A DNA stretch of 64,000 nt from Elusimicrobiota bacterium. GTDB lineage: Bacteria; Elusimicrobiota; Elusimicrobia; F11. A program made the position numbers and the translations under genes. Positions 41,701-47,700 of the stretch are shown in pieces. The DNA is taken from positions 192,001 to 256,000 of the forward strand of contig JBGAON010000003.1 in the NCBI GenBank assembly GCA_044221725.1, written 5' to 3'. Every line of letters begins with the position of its first letter. The stretch's first letter is position 1. The notes under the pieces were generated by a model that was not told the origin of the DNA, searched no databases, and saw only the letters and a list, made by a program, of their open reading frames with translations.

Positions 41701-44700
41701 GCTGGACGTTCGGTAACGGCGCAGAAAAATTCCAAACGGAAAGCTCTTCGGTGACCGCCGGATTGTCGGCGAACACGGCGTACACGATGGCGTTGCGAGC
41801 GCGCGACAACGCGGTGCCGGCAAATATCACTGAGCCGGCCGCGATAACCGCCGCCACGAGCCAAAATCTGCCGACCGGAATTGTGGCCAACGAAATTCAA
41901 ATGACGAGCGCGACATTTACGGTGCAAGGCACCTTCCCCAACGTGACGGTCGGGCGTTCTGGAATTCAGGTGAAGATGGTTTCGAATGGCAACGAAATAT
42001 TCTCGAGCACGGTTCAATCGACGGTCGTAACGGTGGAAGGTTTGCGCGGCAATGTGACGTACGATGTTTTCGCGCGTGCCTTCAATCAAGACGGTTTCCC
42101 GACGGATTGGACAACTCCGATTAGCACGACCACGCGCGGCACGCGGCCGGATATCACGGCCGACAAACCGCCGTATCCGCCGGCGGTGTACCCGGGTAAC
42201 ACGTTGGTTCGCTTCGCCGACAAAGGCGCGTTCCAACGCGGCGAAGTCGCCTACTACAAATTCCTCGTGACACCGTACAATTACGAGCCGGACTCGCTGA
42301 CGTTCTCGACCGGCGCCACGCGCGTGGACGCGGGATCGTGGGCGTATCTGTTTGTGCGCAGTCAGGTTTCGTACGTTCATATTCGTAGTTACGACGTATC
42401 GAACCGGTCCTTGCCCGGCGATTATTTGATGCTGGGCCCCTGGGTCATTGATGCCGATGCACCGCGCATTCTTGGTGTGTCGTCGGCCACCGTCACGGGC
42501 ACGACGAGCATGACGTTCACGATTGGTGAATCCGAAGATGTGGGGCTGGCCGGTTTCCCAGCAAATCCGTTTTCGTTTGATAACGGTGCCACGTGGGTTT
42601 CTCAAAATGTTTTGGTGCGCGAGGATTTAACAGCGAACACCTCGTACTTTGCGGACATTCTCGTACGGGATGCGGTGGGGAACGTTTCATCTCCGGCGAT
42701 TCATTTGGCCGCGTACACATTCCAGAATATTCCCACCGGTGTCACGGTGACGAGCCGTTCCGGAAATCACGTTGTGGTGGCGGCGCAAGGCGCATTCCCG
42801 AATGTGGAAACCGCACTTTCCGGATTGCAGTTTGACACGATGCCGCCCGGTCCGACCCAGCCGTGGTTGCAAGTAAATTCGGCCACGTTTTCGTTCCTGT
42901 CGTTTAATAGCTCGTATTCGGTGACCGCCAAAGCGCGCAACGCCGATGGAACCGAAACGGCGCTCAGCCCCGAAACTGTTGTGTGGACGTTGGCGAAACC
43001 GCCGCGCCTTGTCGCTGTGCAAGGCGTTGAACGCGAGTGGGCAAAAAATCCTCTGTTCAAATTCCGAGCGCTCGAACTTCCCGGTCTGTCCACGTACGAT
43101 CACTTCCGCATCGCATGGAGCACGAATCCGACCTACGCGTTCAATGGAACGCTCCGGGAACAGGATTGGGCGCCGCGCGCGTTAACGGACGAATTTGTTA
43201 CGACCGCGACGGTATCGGGTCGTTGGTATTTGCACTTTGTATCGGTGAATCGCACCGGTGACATAGCGTTCGCTGACCCGGCCGACCGACTTTCGTGGTT
43301 TGGATACGATGTGGAAGCGCCGTCCCCGAACCCGGCACAATTTGGAACACCGGTTCCGAGTTCCAATTTGATCACGTGGTTCGCGTCGAACGTGACGACG
43401 GACACGCTGTCCGGTTTGAACAGCTCTCCTTATATTTGGAATTTCATCGGCGGTGCGAACGGCGGCGATACGTTCACGGCGGATCCGAGCTCAACGACGT
43501 TCGCGCTCACACCAAACAAACTTTATACGCAAATGTTGCGTGTGCGCGATGCGCTGGGCAACACGGCCGATGCGGTGCAGCAATCCACCTACACGCTCGC
43601 CGCCACACCGAGCACGTTCAATTCGTTCCGCGTGTACAAAACATCGGTCACCGCGGAGTGGTTAACGAATCTAAATCCGGCCGGCACGATCTTTACGTCC
43701 CAGATTTCCGTCGATGGTGCGTTCGCGTCGGTGTTTGAGACCTCGCGCACGGTGGCGAACGCGGCCACGTTTGGAGCGGCACCGGCGCCCGGAGCGCTCA
43801 ACGCGAACACAACCTATTACGTGCGTGTGCGCGCCGAAAACTTTGCGAATATTCCGACCGCCTGGATCGTGCTTGGAACCGTGACCACGCGGCCCGACGC
43901 GCCGTCGGTCGTCGTATCAACGAACAGCGCGGCGCCGTACAACCCCGCGCTCATCGGTGGCGCGTTCGCGGTGGGAACAACATTTACCGGTGTGAGCGAG
44001 ATTCCTCTGGGGACGTCCATCGAATATTACCGCTGGGTGTGGGATAGAAATCCGACGTACGGATCCTTCTCCGGTCTCGAAGACCGCGTTGATGCGTCGC
44101 GACCGCTGATCAGCACCTCGCCGGCCGCCGGCGGCGATTACTATTTGCACGTCGGATCGTTCCATGGCGGAACAATACCGTTCGATGAAGTCATTCAGAG
44201 CGTGAACATTGGTCCGTTCCACGTATTTGGTCAAACCGGAAGCAATCCGGTCGCGCAGGCGGTGGAAATTTCCTCGACTAGTGTTCGGTGGCGCCAAAAT
44301 CACGCGAACGGTTCGAATTTCGTGGATGCGAATTGTGCGACGAGCGGTGGGTACTACGGATTCCAACTCGAATCGGGCACCACGTTTTGGACGTGCCCCG
44401 ATCCGGTGAATCCTTCGATTATCGATTACGTGACGACGGCGTTGATGCCGAACACGACCTACACGATGAACGCTTACTTGCGCGACAGTTTGGGGAATAT
44501 TACGGGGCCCGCTTCCGCCACTGCCGCAACGTTGCAAACAACACCAACCGGGGTGACCGCTTCCAATATTTGGACGTCGAGTATGTCGCTCACGGCGCAG
44601 GGAAATTTCTTTAACACGGGCGCCGGCACCGGAGAATTTCAATTTACGATCGCGCGCGGACTTTCGGTGATTCAGTCGCCGTGGTTGCCGACACCTTCCT

Positions 44701-47700
44701 GGAATGTGCCGGGCGGCACATTGGAAGCAAACTCCCGTTACAGCGTGACCGTCAAAGCGCGCAATCGCACCGGGAACGAAACCAACACCTCCGCTCCTAT
44801 TATTGTGGTGACGCTGGCCGAAATTCCGGACGCCCAAAAAGTGCGACCGGCGCTCGATGCGGACGGAAACCCGTTGTTTGTTGCTGGCGGTTATTATCCG
44901 CTCGGAACGAATTTTACTTTCGTGAACAATGCCGGCTGGGCGAGCCCCGAAGGCAAAGTTCAGTATTACCAAGTGATCGCGGACACGAATCCCACCGTTG
45001 CAGATCTCAACCTATTCAATAATTCCAACATCACGACGCGCTGGGACAGCGTCGACTATTCCACGCGGCCCACGGTTTCTGGCAGTTATTACGTGCACGT
45101 CCGTTCGTATAACAGTGCCAATGTTGGCGGTCCGGTTTATAACTTCGGTTTCTTGTCGCTCGATGGAATCGCTCCGACGCCGAACCCGATGCAGCTGGAT
45201 CACGTGGACGTGTACACGACGAGCGTGACGTGGGTCGCTGCGGCCGCACAAGATGAAGTGGGCGGTTCTGGGCTCTCGGCGTCGCCGTACAATTTCGATT
45301 ATCCGAACGATGTTTGGCGCACGTCGCCGTCCTTCACGAGCAATCTGAACCTTTTAAATTTGCCAATCGATCCGAACACGCAAGTGTCCATCAACTTGGC
45401 CGCGCGTGATAACGCCGGCAATGCGACCACGCCGCTATTCGCTTCGACATTCACATACGCGGTGCGCCCGCAACTCGTGGGAGGCGTCAGTATCTTCACC
45501 TCGTCGGCCACGCTGACATGGGACGGTTTGCGAAATTCGAGCTTCACCGTCTATCAGATGGGCGCTTCGCAATCGGCCGATATGTCGAACGCCACGATTC
45601 AAACAATCGGCACGAACGTGAGCTCTGGCACGATCACCGGCCTGCAAGCGGCGACGGCGTATTACATTGGCGTGCGCGCCGTGAATTTCTATGGACACGC
45701 GACCGAATGGCGCGTGGCGCAAGCGGGCATGACCGACGACACGATTCTTCCACCGGCGATCACATCGCTCAACCTGTTCGACACAAAGGCCGACATGACA
45801 TGGGTTTCGTTAAGCCCAGCGGGTTCGACGTTTGAGGTTTTGTCGAACACAGGCACGATACTTGACACGACCCCGGCCCCTCAGAATATTGGCTCTGTGC
45901 TCACGTACCGGTTCCAGCCGCTCACGGCCAACACAACGTACACGTTCGGCGTGCGCGCGCACACGCCGAACAATTTGATCAGTGTTTACAGTTCGTCCGT
46001 TGGTGTGACGCTCGCGACCGCTCCGGTGAACGGATCGTTGACGATTTTTGTCTCCTCGGCGTCCGCATCGTGGACCGAAGGACCGAATTTGATTCCTGGT
46101 GAAACGCTCTATGAGCTGCGCGCGTCGCTCGCGAGCACGCTGGATCAGCCGGCCGACAAAAAAGTTTTTGTTCGCGGAACGAGTGGAATGGTGACGGGCC
46201 TCTCGCCCGACACTTCCTATTATTTCGCGGTGCGCGCGATCAATCACGCTGGCGTGCCAACCGCGTGGCTGAATTTGGGATTTGCTCCGACACCGGTGTC
46301 GCCGCCGGTCGCACCGTTTAGTTACACGGGCCTCACGCCGTCCGCCGTGAACGTTGGTTGGGGCGACGGTGGAAATCCGGCCACGGTTCATTATGTTATC
46401 CAACGTTCGCGCGACAATTTCCAAACCGTGGACGACTCTTCCGACACGTTCGTGACGCCATGGGCCAACACGGGTCTCATGTTTAATACCACGTATTATT
46501 TCCGCGGAAAATCGATCGGTCGCTTGTCGTCGACGAATTTCGTGAGTTTCGGTTCGGTCGTCACGTTGGCAACCGCGCCGGTGCCGGGCACGCTCACGCC
46601 GTTTGTGAATCGAATTGATGTGACGTGGACATCCAACAACAATCCGGCGGGAACCGTTTATTTTGCCGAAGCATCGGAGACGCCGAGCTTCACGTCGGGG
46701 CTCCGAAGCTCGAGCACCACCGGCTTGCAAACCACCATTGAAGGCTTGGCCCCCGACACGACCTATTATGTTCGCGTGACCGCCGTCAACTTTGCTGGCG
46801 CAGCAACAACACCGTCGGTATTTGGTGCGCCCACAGCAACTCTTGCGTACACGCCGGTACAGCCGTCACTGCTCGCGAAATGGACCGCTGGCGCCCTGAA
46901 AAACAATGTGATTGTCACGATCAGCGCCGGCGATTTGAATCCGATCCAAACGCTCTACGCGATTTACAACGCCAACGCGAACGTTTATTTGTCCGGCGAT
47001 GGAAACGGCGGAACGTCGGCGTCACCGGTGTGGTTCTCGCGCGACGATTGGAGTCGCGATTTGAACGGCACGACAACTGGTGTGTTGCGGGGCACGCATG
47101 GAAACGTGCCGGCGTGGACGGATTACAGCTACCGCGTGCTCGCGAAAAATCAAAATGGAGTTTTGACCGCGCTCTCGAGCACGAGCACCGTTCGAACCGT
47201 GCCACAAAAACCGGCGCTCGCGGCGGCGGTACTTAACAACGACGAAGTGCAGCTCAGCTGGGGCGCTATGGGCTCCATCGGTTTCCAGGCGTACGTGTCG
47301 CTCGACGGCGTAAACTTTGTTCCATACTTCGATTCGGTGCCGGTCGGAACCACGGTTCATTACATGATTCCGCCCGCGAACGGAACGACCACGTACATTC
47401 CGGCGGGTCTTACCGAAACGCGTCATGACGTTGATGGCGGCACGCCCGCGGATGCGTCACCGCTCGCGTACGTCAGTGCGACCTCGACGACGATAAAATT
47501 CCAGTGGACGCCGGTCGCGAATCCCGAGGCCGCCACGATTCGTTACTACAAATTGGCCGGTGTGGGCGTGTTCGATCAACAAGGCGAACCGTCGGATATT
47601 CTCCCGGCGCAAGTGCAACCCATCATTAAGAGCTATGACATCTTTGGAGAAAAAGGCAACGTGCCGGGCTACGTCTATCCGGCGTTGCCGCCGGGCCCCA